Shown here piece by piece: positions 56,314 through 64,000 of a DNA stretch of 64,000 nucleotides (positions are counted from its first letter, which is position 1; every line of letters begins with the position of its first letter). Source of the DNA: an uncultured virus (IMG/VR IMGVR_UViG_3300025000_000080) (taxonomy: Duplodnaviria > Heunggongvirae > Uroviricota > Caudoviricetes); the IMG/VR virus record IMGVR_UViG_3300025000_000080, positions 1 to 64,000 of that record; one strand, 5' to 3'. The translations under genes were made by a program, and so were the position numbers. Below the pieces are notes generated by a model that had not been told where the DNA came from, made no database searches, and worked only from the letters and a program-made list of their open reading frames with translations.

Positions 56314-56342
56314 TTGACACGCATACCCGCTGGGGATATACT
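56314..56342 (+). promoter_or_regulatory. Promoter TTGACA-N17-TATACT with ATCCCC-N3-GGGTAT operator
   Basis: Direct reading; operator occurs three times locally. Confidence 0.85.
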
Positions 56343-56400
56343 TATATCATCAACGGTCGCAATGAGGCGGCCGGAGATTAAGACGAGAAGGAGAATAGAA

Positions 56401-56595
56401 ATGAAATCGTACCAACTCATCCAGAACACCGGCGTATACACCCCTGGCGTCCACGCCTTCGAGCCCGACGAGGAGATCCCCGCCGGCAACTGGTCGGGTG
56501 TGGTTGAGACCATCGACCAGCAGGAGGGCGAGTCCAATACCGACTTCGAGGCACGGGTGACCGCCCGCTGCCGGAAATTGGACGCTTCGCTATAG
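56401..56595 (+). CDS. Hypothetical early protein
   Basis: AAGGAG RBS. Confidence 0.6.
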   Translation: MKSYQLIQNTGVYTPGVHAFEPDEEIPAGNWSGVVETIDQQEGESNTDFEARVTARCRKLDASL

Positions 56596-56602
56596 CCTCC
56601 GC

Positions 56603-56645
56603 CCCTTGATCGATCGCCCGACTGCCAGACGGACGATCGGATGAA
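56603..56645 (+). repeat. 43-bp intergenic repeat, copy 1
   Basis: Identical to 57488-57530. Confidence 0.9.
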
Positions 56646-56689
56646 CGGACGACAACAGCCCGGGAGACCGGGCACAGCAAGGAGATGAA

Positions 56690-57022
56690 GTGAGTTACTT
56701 TTTCGATAGCCATGGGCAGTTATGGCAGGCTCTGTGGGGCCGGCATAAATATCAGGACCGTAACGGGCAGGAAGTTGAGCCGTTCGGTCCGACCGGGGCG
56801 GCCGTCCCGGTCCGTAGATTGTCGGCGGCGGGTATCGCTCCCCGTCCAGGTCAGACGGCCCACGCGGCGGCACACGGCCGCGTAACGGTATCGGAGGATG
56901 GGTGGTCCCTGCTGGATGCGGAGCGGGACTGGCCGCCCACCGACGAGGCGTGGGATACGCGCCACCGGCTGCACTCCAGGTGGGACGAGGCGGCTATCGT
57001 GCTACCGCCTCAGACCACCTGA
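56690..57022 (+). CDS. Hypothetical early protein
   Basis: AAGGAG RBS, GTG start. Confidence 0.55.
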   Translation: MSYFFDSHGQLWQALWGRHKYQDRNGQEVEPFGPTGAAVPVRRLSAAGIAPRPGQTAHAAAHGRVTVSEDGWSLLDAERDWPPTDEAWDTRHRLHSRWDEAAIVLPPQTT

Positions 57023-57069
57023 TTTGCCCGTCCTCCCCGTCGTCTGGGGGGGGACGACGAATAGCACCG

Positions 57070-57094
57070 GGCCCGCTTCGGCGGGCCGTTTTCT
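57070..57094 (+). terminator. Terminator-like hairpin GGCCCGC-TTCG-GCGGGCC-GTTTTCT
   Basis: UUCG hairpin with short U-tract. Confidence 0.55.
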
Positions 57095-57159
57095 CCTGCC
57101 CCCGACGATCGGAGGCAGAGGAAAACGGACGAAACAGCCCGAGAGGGCAGGAGGACGAG

Positions 57160-57423
57160 ATGAAGCACCGATACACTCTCCACGCCACTGACTACCAACT
57201 CAAGCCCAAGGTAGTCATAGCAAGCCCCTGCGGCTGGCATGTCCGGCCGGTCACGCCCGGCGAACGTGTATTCTCCCGGCAGGGCACAGCGTCCGCCGTC
57301 GTGCCGGACGGCATCGACGGTGCCGTACTCGCCGAGCACATCCTGTGGCTCAAGGATGGCGAGGTCGTTTCCGGGGCGATATTGTGGAGGGCGGGCGGTG
57401 CATCCGCCGCTCGCGTGGAATAA
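57160..57423 (+). CDS. Hypothetical early protein, possibly frameshifted (ancestral end 57467)
   Basis: AGGAGG RBS; -1 frame ends in FRQLVAASWPL*. Confidence 0.55.
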   Translation: MKHRYTLHATDYQLKPKVVIASPCGWHVRPVTPGERVFSRQGTASAVVPDGIDGAVLAEHILWLKDGEVVSGAILWRAGGASAARVE

Positions 57424-57487
57424 ACGCGCAGTTCAGACAGTTGGTCGCGGCTAGCTGGCCGCTGTAATCGATTTGGACGCCCACCGT

Positions 57488-57530
57488 CCCTTGATCGATC
57501 GCCCGACTGCCAGACGGACGATCGGATGAA
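57488..57530 (+). repeat. 43-bp intergenic repeat, copy 2
   Basis: Identical to 56603-56645. Confidence 0.9.
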
Positions 57531-57575
57531 GTGGCGAAACAACAGCCCGGCAAGACCGGGCAGAAGGAGAACGAG

Positions 57576-57773
57576 ATGGATCTGAAAAACGTAGTGGTTC
57601 CACCTGGATACGCCGTCCGCCCGGACGGTTGTATCTACCCGCGAAGCAGTGTAACGGACATGGCAGCCGCACTGGAGTTGCGGAGGAGGCGGGAGGCAGC
57701 GAGAGAATACTCCCGTGTTCACCCCGAAGAGGTGTGCGACGTAACCGCCTGGAAAGAGACTGATGAGGGTTGA
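57576..57773 (+). CDS. Hypothetical early protein
   Basis: AAGGAG RBS. Confidence 0.55.
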   Translation: MDLKNVVVPPGYAVRPDGCIYPRSSVTDMAAALELRRRREAAREYSRVHPEEVCDVTAWKETDEG

Positions 57774-57837
57774 CCCCGTCCTTTCGGAGACGTGAGACGC
57801 CCGGAATACCGGGCAAAGGAGACGAAGGAGAACGATC

Positions 57838-58584
57838 ATGCTGAATCTGTGTCATTTCGCCGTCGCCGTCGCGGGTGTCACGTACCCCGCGGCGGTCCCT
57901 GCTCCGCTCGTTTTCACTCCGGTCACCGCGCCGGGCAGTCATCCGGCGTTCCCGGTGCTGTTGGGGTTTAACGGCCCCGATGTGCGCTTATGGAGGTCGA
58001 CGGACGGCTCTTCCGTCGGACTCGACGGCGGTGTTGAGAGTCACGATGGCGTAGTCATCGTGCCCCGATTTGCCCCTGCGGTCCGGTGGGTTCGCGCTGC
58101 CGGGCTCATCCCGTTCTGCGTCCCGCTTTCCGGCCAGCGGCAGCAGAACGGGTCGTTTGTCTGCGACGTCCTTGAGCCTGCTCCGGAGGGGCTCGAGGTG
58201 GAATTCCTCGACCCGGGCGAGTGGCCCGAGGACTCGGAAGACGAGTGTATGGACGACACTCCGACGTGGCAGGCGGCGGGGTTTATCAAGTGTCCCACCC
58301 TCCCGCTCATGGCCTACCACCTTCACCGGGCGATCCCCGGGTCGTTCGCGGTGGAGGTCGCCGACGGTCCGGATCTGGCGCAGGTCCCCGTCGAGTTACA
58401 GACACTCCGGTTGCCGGGCGGGACGGTGCAGGTGCCCCCCGGGTGCGAGGGGTACGACGCGATCCTGGTGCCGCAGGACGGGCGGATCATCGATGCCGTC
58501 CATGTCACATATCCCGGGGTCGCGATTCTTGTCACCGACGTCACGAGGTCGGGACAGCGGACCGGGCTGTTTCAGGTCCGGTGA
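57838..58584 (+). CDS. Hypothetical early protein
   Basis: AAGGAG RBS. Confidence 0.6.
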   Translation: MLNLCHFAVAVAGVTYPAAVPAPLVFTPVTAPGSHPAFPVLLGFNGPDVRLWRSTDGSSVGLDGGVESHDGVVIVPRFAPAVRWVRAAGLIPFCVPLSGQRQQNGSFVCDVLEPAPEGLEVEFLDPGEWPEDSEDECMDDTPTWQAAGFIKCPTLPLMAYHLHRAIPGSFAVEVADGPDLAQVPVELQTLRLPGGTVQVPPGCEGYDAILVPQDGRIIDAVHVTYPGVAILVTDVTRSGQRTGLFQVR

Positions 58585-58648
58585 TGCCGTTTTCTCCTGC
58601 CCCCGATGTCCGGAGGCAGAGGAGAACGAAGTTGCAAAGGAGTATGAG

Positions 58649-58948
58649 ATGCAGGTTCAGTGGAAAGCCGGGTGTGGTTATGGCCGCAATCCGATCCAGG
58701 GGCGGCGGATAGTCGTATCGTGGGACCCCTCCACCGAAAAGGTGGGGGAACTGGTGAAGGTGGTAAGCCCGGGACACGGATACATCCCTTTGGAGTATCG
58801 GCACGTAGATGTGACCGTTGAGCAGGCGGAGCACCTCGCCCGGTTCGGCACCCACGCCGACCGGATCGCGATGGAAAACCAGGAGGCGGAAGGGCGCCGC
58901 CGCTACCGTGAGGAATGGGCGCAGATTCTCGGTGTCACTGCGCTCTGA
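58649..58948 (+). CDS. Hypothetical early protein
   Basis: AAGGAG RBS before ATG 58649. Confidence 0.6.
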   Translation: MQVQWKAGCGYGRNPIQGRRIVVSWDPSTEKVGELVKVVSPGHGYIPLEYRHVDVTVEQAEHLARFGTHADRIAMENQEAEGRRRYREEWAQILGVTAL

Positions 58949-59028
58949 CTACGCCTGACACCGATGCCCGATGTGAGGCGGGCATCGTGGACAACAACGA
59001 AAACGAAAACGAAGAAGGGGAGAGTGGA

Positions 59029-59829
59029 ATGGAAGCAATCCTGAAGCAGCTCGGTATCGCCCTGACCACAACGGAAATCTGGCGTAAGTGGACGCGGCAG
59101 ATTTCATTTTACGACAATAGCCACTGCCCCAACGGCAGACTGAATCAGACAATCCAGACTGATGGGCGCATTGCCTACAGCGCCCGGGAATACACTCACC
59201 AGCCGAATGACCACTTTACCGGCGGCGGGCACAAGACCGTCACCGTGACATCGTGGACGTGGCTTCTCGTCCTCGCGGACGGGAAGCACCTGAACGGCTC
59301 GCAGTGGCGGCACATCTCAGAGGTGATTGTGACCGCCGAAGCGGACCCTGAAAAGGTTCTGACCGTCGTCGCCCTCGAGTTGTACGGCGGCCCTGCCGAC
59401 GCCGGTTATCTCCATATCCAGACCGCCCAGCAGGCGCGGACGTGGATCGAGACACACTACCTTATCGGGACCCGGGCATCGGACGGTGCCATACTCTTCC
59501 GTCGCCGCACCGAGTGGGCGGAGTGGAAGACCCGCCCGCCCGTCGTTGCCCGGCTCGTCGAGCAGTTCGGATCGAGCGTTGTCGTCGCGCCGCCGCCGGT
59601 ACCGATGGAGCATACCGATGAGACTCGGGCGATGTTTCCCGGGAGTCGCCAGACCGTACCCGAGGACCTGCTTGACGCGGGACCTACGGTGATGACCCGG
59701 CCCAATGTCCGGGCGTATCTACGGAGCGTGCGACCTGATGCGGTGGCGGCATATGACGCGCATGACGGCGTGTCCCACTACGGGCACGGGCCGTTCCGGC
59801 AACTGGTGGCGGCCATCTGGCCGCTGTAA
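59029..59829 (+). CDS. Hypothetical early protein
   Basis: GGGGAG RBS before ATG 59029. Confidence 0.6.
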   Translation: MEAILKQLGIALTTTEIWRKWTRQISFYDNSHCPNGRLNQTIQTDGRIAYSAREYTHQPNDHFTGGGHKTVTVTSWTWLLVLADGKHLNGSQWRHISEVIVTAEADPEKVLTVVALELYGGPADAGYLHIQTAQQARTWIETHYLIGTRASDGAILFRRRTEWAEWKTRPPVVARLVEQFGSSVVVAPPPVPMEHTDETRAMFPGSRQTVPEDLLDAGPTVMTRPNVRAYLRSVRPDAVAAYDAHDGVSHYGHGPFRQLVAAIWPL

Positions 59830-59967
59830 TCGGTTGGGGGCCGCCTCTTGATCCCCCGGCAAAACTGGGCATGGGGATGCACCAATTTCCGGTAACCGCC
59901 CTTCGAATCGCCGCCCGGCACTGTCGGACGGCGGGACGAATGACGGAGAGTAACAACAGGAGGTTTT

Positions 59968-60180
59968 ATGGACGACGTGAAACATTTTCTCAGCGACTAC
60001 GCACGCCATATCAGAGAGGCACAGCGAAACCTCCCTGAAACACTGTACAAGCAGCACCCTCTTTCCAACGACTGGTGCGACGACACCGGCAATGTGGTCT
60101 ATCGGGGACCGACGCCGGACGGATACCGGCGAGTGAGCGACATCCCACTGAAATGGGAGATGGAGGATGCCAATGATTAA
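59968..60180 (+). CDS. Hypothetical early protein
   Basis: AGGAGG RBS. Confidence 0.6.
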   Translation: MDDVKHFLSDYARHIREAQRNLPETLYKQHPLSNDWCDDTGNVVYRGPTPDGYRRVSDIPLKWEMEDAND

Positions 60181-60400
60181 GAACGTGGCTGACTTGAGAT
60201 CCCATGTGGACGCAGCAATCGCCACAGGCGACAAGCGTCACCTGGAAGCGCTGGTTTACCAATCCCGGACGATGGCGTGGTCACCCCATGCAAAGTATGC
60301 GGTTCGGGAGATCCGGGAACGCGCCGAATCCGCTCTGGGATATCGCGTCCATGACGAGACGATGGCGACGGATGGACGGCGCATGATTGCACGCTGGTAA
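60173..60400 (+). CDS. Hypothetical early protein
   Basis: GGAGG RBS; coupled. Confidence 0.55.
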   Translation: MIKNVADLRSHVDAAIATGDKRHLEALVYQSRTMAWSPHAKYAVREIRERAESALGYRVHDETMATDGRRMIARW

Positions 60401-60441
60401 CACACTAGACACCCACCTGACGGTGGGTAAACGGAGGTATC

Positions 60442-60924
60442 ATGTTCAAGCCAGGTTCGCTCGAGGTCCCTTCCCCTACTGCCACCAGCCACACCTTCGA
60501 ATGTGGTCATCATGTCGAGTTCACCAGCAATAGCGCCCGTCGTTCGTTCGAGGACTCGCCCAGATGTCCCCGGTGCTGGTCGTCACGTCCGACCGTACAC
60601 CTGAAACTGACGACGACTCACCGGCATTACTCGTTTGAGCATCGCTGGTGGACCACTGTCGAGGCGGACGTGTTGCACACCTGTAAGCAGGGCTTCGCGA
60701 CCGAGGATGCTACGGTAGAAGCCGTTAACGACTCCGTGCAGGCCATCCTGACCGATCTTCACCTTTTGGTCCCTGAGCCTGGTATACGTGACTTCCTAGC
60801 CGATCCCACGCTACTACAGCGCTTCCAGGCCGCAATCGACCGCATCTTTTCGCTGGACGTCCATCTATGGGTGGGCGGAAAGTGGCTGGAGCGGGTAGGT
60901 ATGCAAGCGGGGTGGCGGTCGTAG
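60442..60924 (+). CDS. Hypothetical protein with Zn-ribbon
   Basis: GGAGGT RBS; ECGH..CPRC. Confidence 0.6.
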   Translation: MFKPGSLEVPSPTATSHTFECGHHVEFTSNSARRSFEDSPRCPRCWSSRPTVHLKLTTTHRHYSFEHRWWTTVEADVLHTCKQGFATEDATVEAVNDSVQAILTDLHLLVPEPGIRDFLADPTLLQRFQAAIDRIFSLDVHLWVGGKWLERVGMQAGWRS

Positions 60925-60926
60925 GT

Positions 60927-61997
60927 CTACCAGCGGGCCAAGATCTCGTTGTCCGGGTGCCATCGCTTCAAAATGGCAATGGTTTCCGGCATGTGATTCT
61001 TGAGCAGCCACAGCGCCGGGTCCGGCTCGACGGGCACGTTCATTTCCAGACACCAGCCCAGCCGCCCGAGTTGAACACCCGCCGTCAGGATATGAACCTC
61101 GTGCAGCAGTTCGGCACGATGGAGTGCTCGAGTGACGAACTGCTCCGTCAGAACGGATAATTCTCTCAGAACGGGTACATTCAGATCATGCACGTTGACC
61201 GGCTTATTGGGGACGGCGACCACCGGGGAGTCTTGGACCGGCGTCAACTCCACATACTCTGGTTCGGACTGAATTATCGACATGTCGGGCTCGAGTTCAG
61301 CCACAGCGTTGATTACGCCGGTCGACGTCGGCAGATCTTGACCATCGGGCGTGTACATGTGGGGCCAGAGGTACTGGGGCTGCTCACCGAGGAATTCGGC
61401 CACCTTCCGACGTGCGGTACGAAGGCTCCGGCTTGTGTTCATCCCGGACAGTGTTTTGATCGGGATATCGAGACACTCCGAGAGTCCTCGCCATGTCGCG
61501 ATACCGTGTTCCTTCATCGCCTGTGTCACTTTGGGATTTCCTGCCATCACTACTCTCCTTTTCTGCTTCTGCTCATCACGTTCACGCTTGAATGCCAGCC
61601 GCGTGGGTTCACACTCGGCTTTGCACTCCTCCACATCAAGAATCTTCACCTTCTTGTCGAGCTCGGCGCGCTTTTTTGCTACACCAGCCCGAAGTTTTTC
61701 GGCTACAGTTGTATCAGGCTGCTCTCGTTCTTCCTGGGGAATTTTGTCCAGAGGATCGGGCTCAGCGAACACCGGGTTTCTGACCGCCCTGGCGTCCTCA
61801 TGAGACTGCACTTCTTCAACCCATTCGCGGACGATAGAGAGGGCAGCAGCAGGCGAGTCAACCGAAGTGCTGACAGGAGAGCCATCTATCCGACAGACCC
61901 GCATATCACCCCGTCTGCGCTCGATAAAAGCCACCTTCCGCGATCCGTAGTAGTAGACTCCGTCTGACTCCACAATAAGCCTTGCCACATCTCCCAT
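60927..61997 (-). CDS. Hypothetical protein with central Cro/Ner-like HTH
   Basis: AMKEHGIATWRGLSECLDIPIKTLS..VAEFLGE..YLWP. Confidence 0.65.
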   Translation of the reverse strand: MGDVARLIVESDGVYYYGSRKVAFIERRRGDMRVCRIDGSPVSTSVDSPAAALSIVREWVEEVQSHEDARAVRNPVFAEPDPLDKIPQEEREQPDTTVAEKLRAGVAKKRAELDKKVKILDVEECKAECEPTRLAFKRERDEQKQKRRVVMAGNPKVTQAMKEHGIATWRGLSECLDIPIKTLSGMNTSRSLRTARRKVAEFLGEQPQYLWPHMYTPDGQDLPTSTGVINAVAELEPDMSIIQSEPEYVELTPVQDSPVVAVPNKPVNVHDLNVPVLRELSVLTEQFVTRALHRAELLHEVHILTAGVQLGRLGWCLEMNVPVEPDPALWLLKNHMPETIAILKRWHPDNEILARW

Positions 61998-62944
61998 TAG
62001 AACAGCCCCATCTGAACCTGGCTCTCACCATGCTCAATTGAATCCAGCACATACCGCCGCCACATCAGCGCCCACTCAAGACAATTCGCGCAGTTCTGAT
62101 GAGTGGCTATTGGGTCATGGCACAGCCGATGAGTAAACGCCTGTCCGTTGGCGATAGCTGCCCGTCGAGCTTCGAACGACCACGCCAGACTGTCGGCACT
62201 AGTCATAGAAGCCGCTGCCATCTTCAAGCCCAGTTGCTTGAAGCCGAAGCCGTGAAGACGTATGCCTTCTCGAGCAAGGGACTCCATAATCCCGGCTGCT
62301 TCATACGTTCCCTGGCGCCGGCAAACACTTCCCACACCCACCACTTTGAACTTCCTCAGATCGATTCCAGCCTTGTCGTACATCTCAAGATGTCGGAAAT
62401 ACGACCAGAGGGACCACCCTTGGATGACCGGTGCCCACGGCAGATCTGGTGCCATGGAGGAAAGTTCAAGGTACGATGCAATCGTCCGCTTCTGGTGTTC
62501 TTCCGTGGACAGACCTGTCTTCTCTCTGATTCGAGGCTCACACATCCAGTCCTGAATAGCAGCCCAGTCAAGACCGCCAATCTCCTCTGCACAGATCCGG
62601 ACTTCTTCCACGTACTGTCGAGCGGGTACCGTCCATTTACCGTGCAGATCAAGTTCCTGAAATCCACCAGAGTCCAGCGCCCAGCGAGTGACAGCACGCC
62701 GCCACGGCTTGCGACTTTTGACCGGCAAGACGCACCCGTCCCCATCTACTGCAACGGGAACCCATCGCCCCGATGCGTCGAGGCGCATATCAATACGGAT
62801 GACTCGGGAGTCAGGTGCTTGTGGGCCTTTTAATTTAGAAAGTCGCAACGGATTCAGTGTTCTCCGGCTGACGAACAAGGGAACACCAATCAGTCGTTGG
62901 TCGAACAGCCATCCCGTCTGATGAGTCCCCAGGTAAAACCTCAT
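61997..62944 (-). CDS. DpdA-like / TGT-fold deazaguanine DNA insertion protein
   Basis: WALDSGGF, QDWMCEP, PVIQGW, VGVGSVCRR, LHGFG, SADSLAWS. Confidence 0.8.
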   Translation of the reverse strand: MRFYLGTHQTGWLFDQRLIGVPLFVSRRTLNPLRLSKLKGPQAPDSRVIRIDMRLDASGRWVPVAVDGDGCVLPVKSRKPWRRAVTRWALDSGGFQELDLHGKWTVPARQYVEEVRICAEEIGGLDWAAIQDWMCEPRIREKTGLSTEEHQKRTIASYLELSSMAPDLPWAPVIQGWSLWSYFRHLEMYDKAGIDLRKFKVVGVGSVCRRQGTYEAAGIMESLAREGIRLHGFGFKQLGLKMAAASMTSADSLAWSFEARRAAIANGQAFTHRLCHDPIATHQNCANCLEWALMWRRYVLDSIEHGESQVQMGLF

Positions 62945-63085
62945 CCCTCACCACCTTCCGCGCCAAGTCCGCTATCCTGATCAGCCGCCAGTCGGGTGAC
63001 ATCCTGCCGTCACCTGCGATCATCTCTATCGACACAAGTAGCGCCAGCACCCGCTGCAACTCGTCCACAATCGCTTGCATATCCA

Positions 63086-63475
63086 TCAATAGTCAGCCTT
63101 GTAGATGAACCCGGTGGGAAGCAGTTCAGCCCACACACGAGCCTCGGCGCGGGCCAGAAACACTGGAGGTTCCAATCCTTCAGTAACGGTGCCCGACACG
63201 CGCACATGCGACGACGGAAGTTCATATTCCACCAGTTCCACATACTCGCACGGATCGACGGCAGCCAGATACTCTCGAGCGTTGACACTCTGATACAATG
63301 GCCAGAGATCCTGACGATCAGTGTAGTAGTGTTCAGCGACTTCCTCCATCGAATGGAACCCGCCTTTCACATCAGGTTCATCGACGAATTGTTCCTGAAG
63401 GCCCTGCCACGCCGCGTCAATCGACGGCGCAACGATGTAGTTACCGAACCATTTGAACAGCCTGTCACCCTTCAA
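63086..63475 (-). CDS. Hypothetical protein
   Basis: GGGAGG RBS before TTG 63475. Confidence 0.5.
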   Translation of the reverse strand: MKGDRLFKWFGNYIVAPSIDAAWQGLQEQFVDEPDVKGGFHSMEEVAEHYYTDRQDLWPLYQSVNAREYLAAVDPCEYVELVEYELPSSHVRVSGTVTEGLEPPVFLARAEARVWAELLPTGFIYKADY

Positions 63476-63507
63476 TTGTTGCCTCCCTTCATGTGGCGTG
63501 CATAGAC

Positions 63508-63957
63508 CTATTGATGATGACCACACCTCTTGATACGGTTGTGAAGGCGTGTGGAGATCGGATAGCGCCGCTGCCCTTTTAGAAGGCTTTCCTGGTCCTT
63601 ACTCTCCTGCAACGCCTTCAGGTATTGTGCAGAAAGATCGTCCCACGCGGCGACGAGCTTGCCCCACACCGGATGATCGGCCAGTCTGGCAAAAGCGAGT
63701 TCCTTTACTTTTGGAATCTGCTCCACCAGTCGATAACATCGCCCGAAGTCGCTGGCATCGTGAGGCCATGGCGCACTCAGGCGAAGTCTCGCAACCCACG
63801 CCGTATCGTCCAGTGCAGTGGCAGCCAGATACTCAGAGGAGATGCCGTGATCACCACTGCGATACCAGGATAAAACCTTTGTGCCCAACTCGCTGTTGGG
63901 AATGCCGGCCAGCGTGGTTTTCTCATGGTCGATCTGCATATGGGTTGTCCAAAGCAC
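63508..63957 (-). CDS. Hypothetical phage protein
   Basis: W..GDHGISS..PHDASDFGRCYRL motif. Confidence 0.6.
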   Translation of the reverse strand: MLWTTHMQIDHEKTTLAGIPNSELGTKVLSWYRSGDHGISSEYLAATALDDTAWVARLRLSAPWPHDASDFGRCYRLVEQIPKVKELAFARLADHPVWGKLVAAWDDLSAQYLKALQESKDQESLLKGQRRYPISTRLHNRIKRCGHHQ

Positions 63958-64000
63958 TCGCCCATTGAGTTGGATTCTGATCCATCCGCATCGCCGTAAA

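Noticed and set aside
57760..57815. Hammerhead ribozyme at CTGATGAG
   Set aside because: No GAAA after stem II and no stem I/III arrangement
55624..59967. CRISPR array or integron attC array
   Set aside because: Repeats are few, irregularly spaced by whole genes, and lack GTTRRRY/RYYYAAC boxes; no cas genes; the integrase is accounted for by the adjacent tRNA attP
1..64000. Alternative genetic code or stop-codon reassignment
   Set aside because: Core genes are full length under the standard code, all three stops are used, and no suppressor tRNA was seen

Overview
The window is most of the genome of a GC-rich temperate myovirus. It appears to be in non-integrated form, because an attP-like tRNA-Thr 3' half lies between an excisionase-like gene and a tyrosine integrase. 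0.9-27 kb (minus strand) holds the head and contractile-tail operon: tail fibre, baseplate, tape measure, tail chaperones with a candidate -1 frameshift, T4 gp19-like tube, sheath, neck, major capsid protein, a 1072-aa XkdF-like protease/scaffold and a gp7/Mu-F-like protein. A ~7.6 kb accessory block (UvrD helicase, J-domain/metallopeptidase fusion, HNH, LPD29, ParB-like) separates these from portal and TerL (34.7-38.7 kb). A ~3 kb ncRNA island at 39.3-42.3 kb contains tmRNA, tRNA-Lys(UUU), tRNA-Glu(UUC), several aberrant tRNA-like RNAs, a tRNA-Ala-like gene split by an HNH ORF, and unexplained multi-hairpin RNAs. It is followed by a CHAP endolysin, two adenine methyltransferases, DUF488-, DUF5131- and exonuclease-like genes, an XRE repressor and xis-attP-int. 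55-61 kb is a cassette-like early region with operator-bearing consensus promoters and repeated structured spacers. A DpdA/TGT-like gene lies at 62-63 kb. All calls come from reading the sequence by eye; no database searches or folding programs were run.
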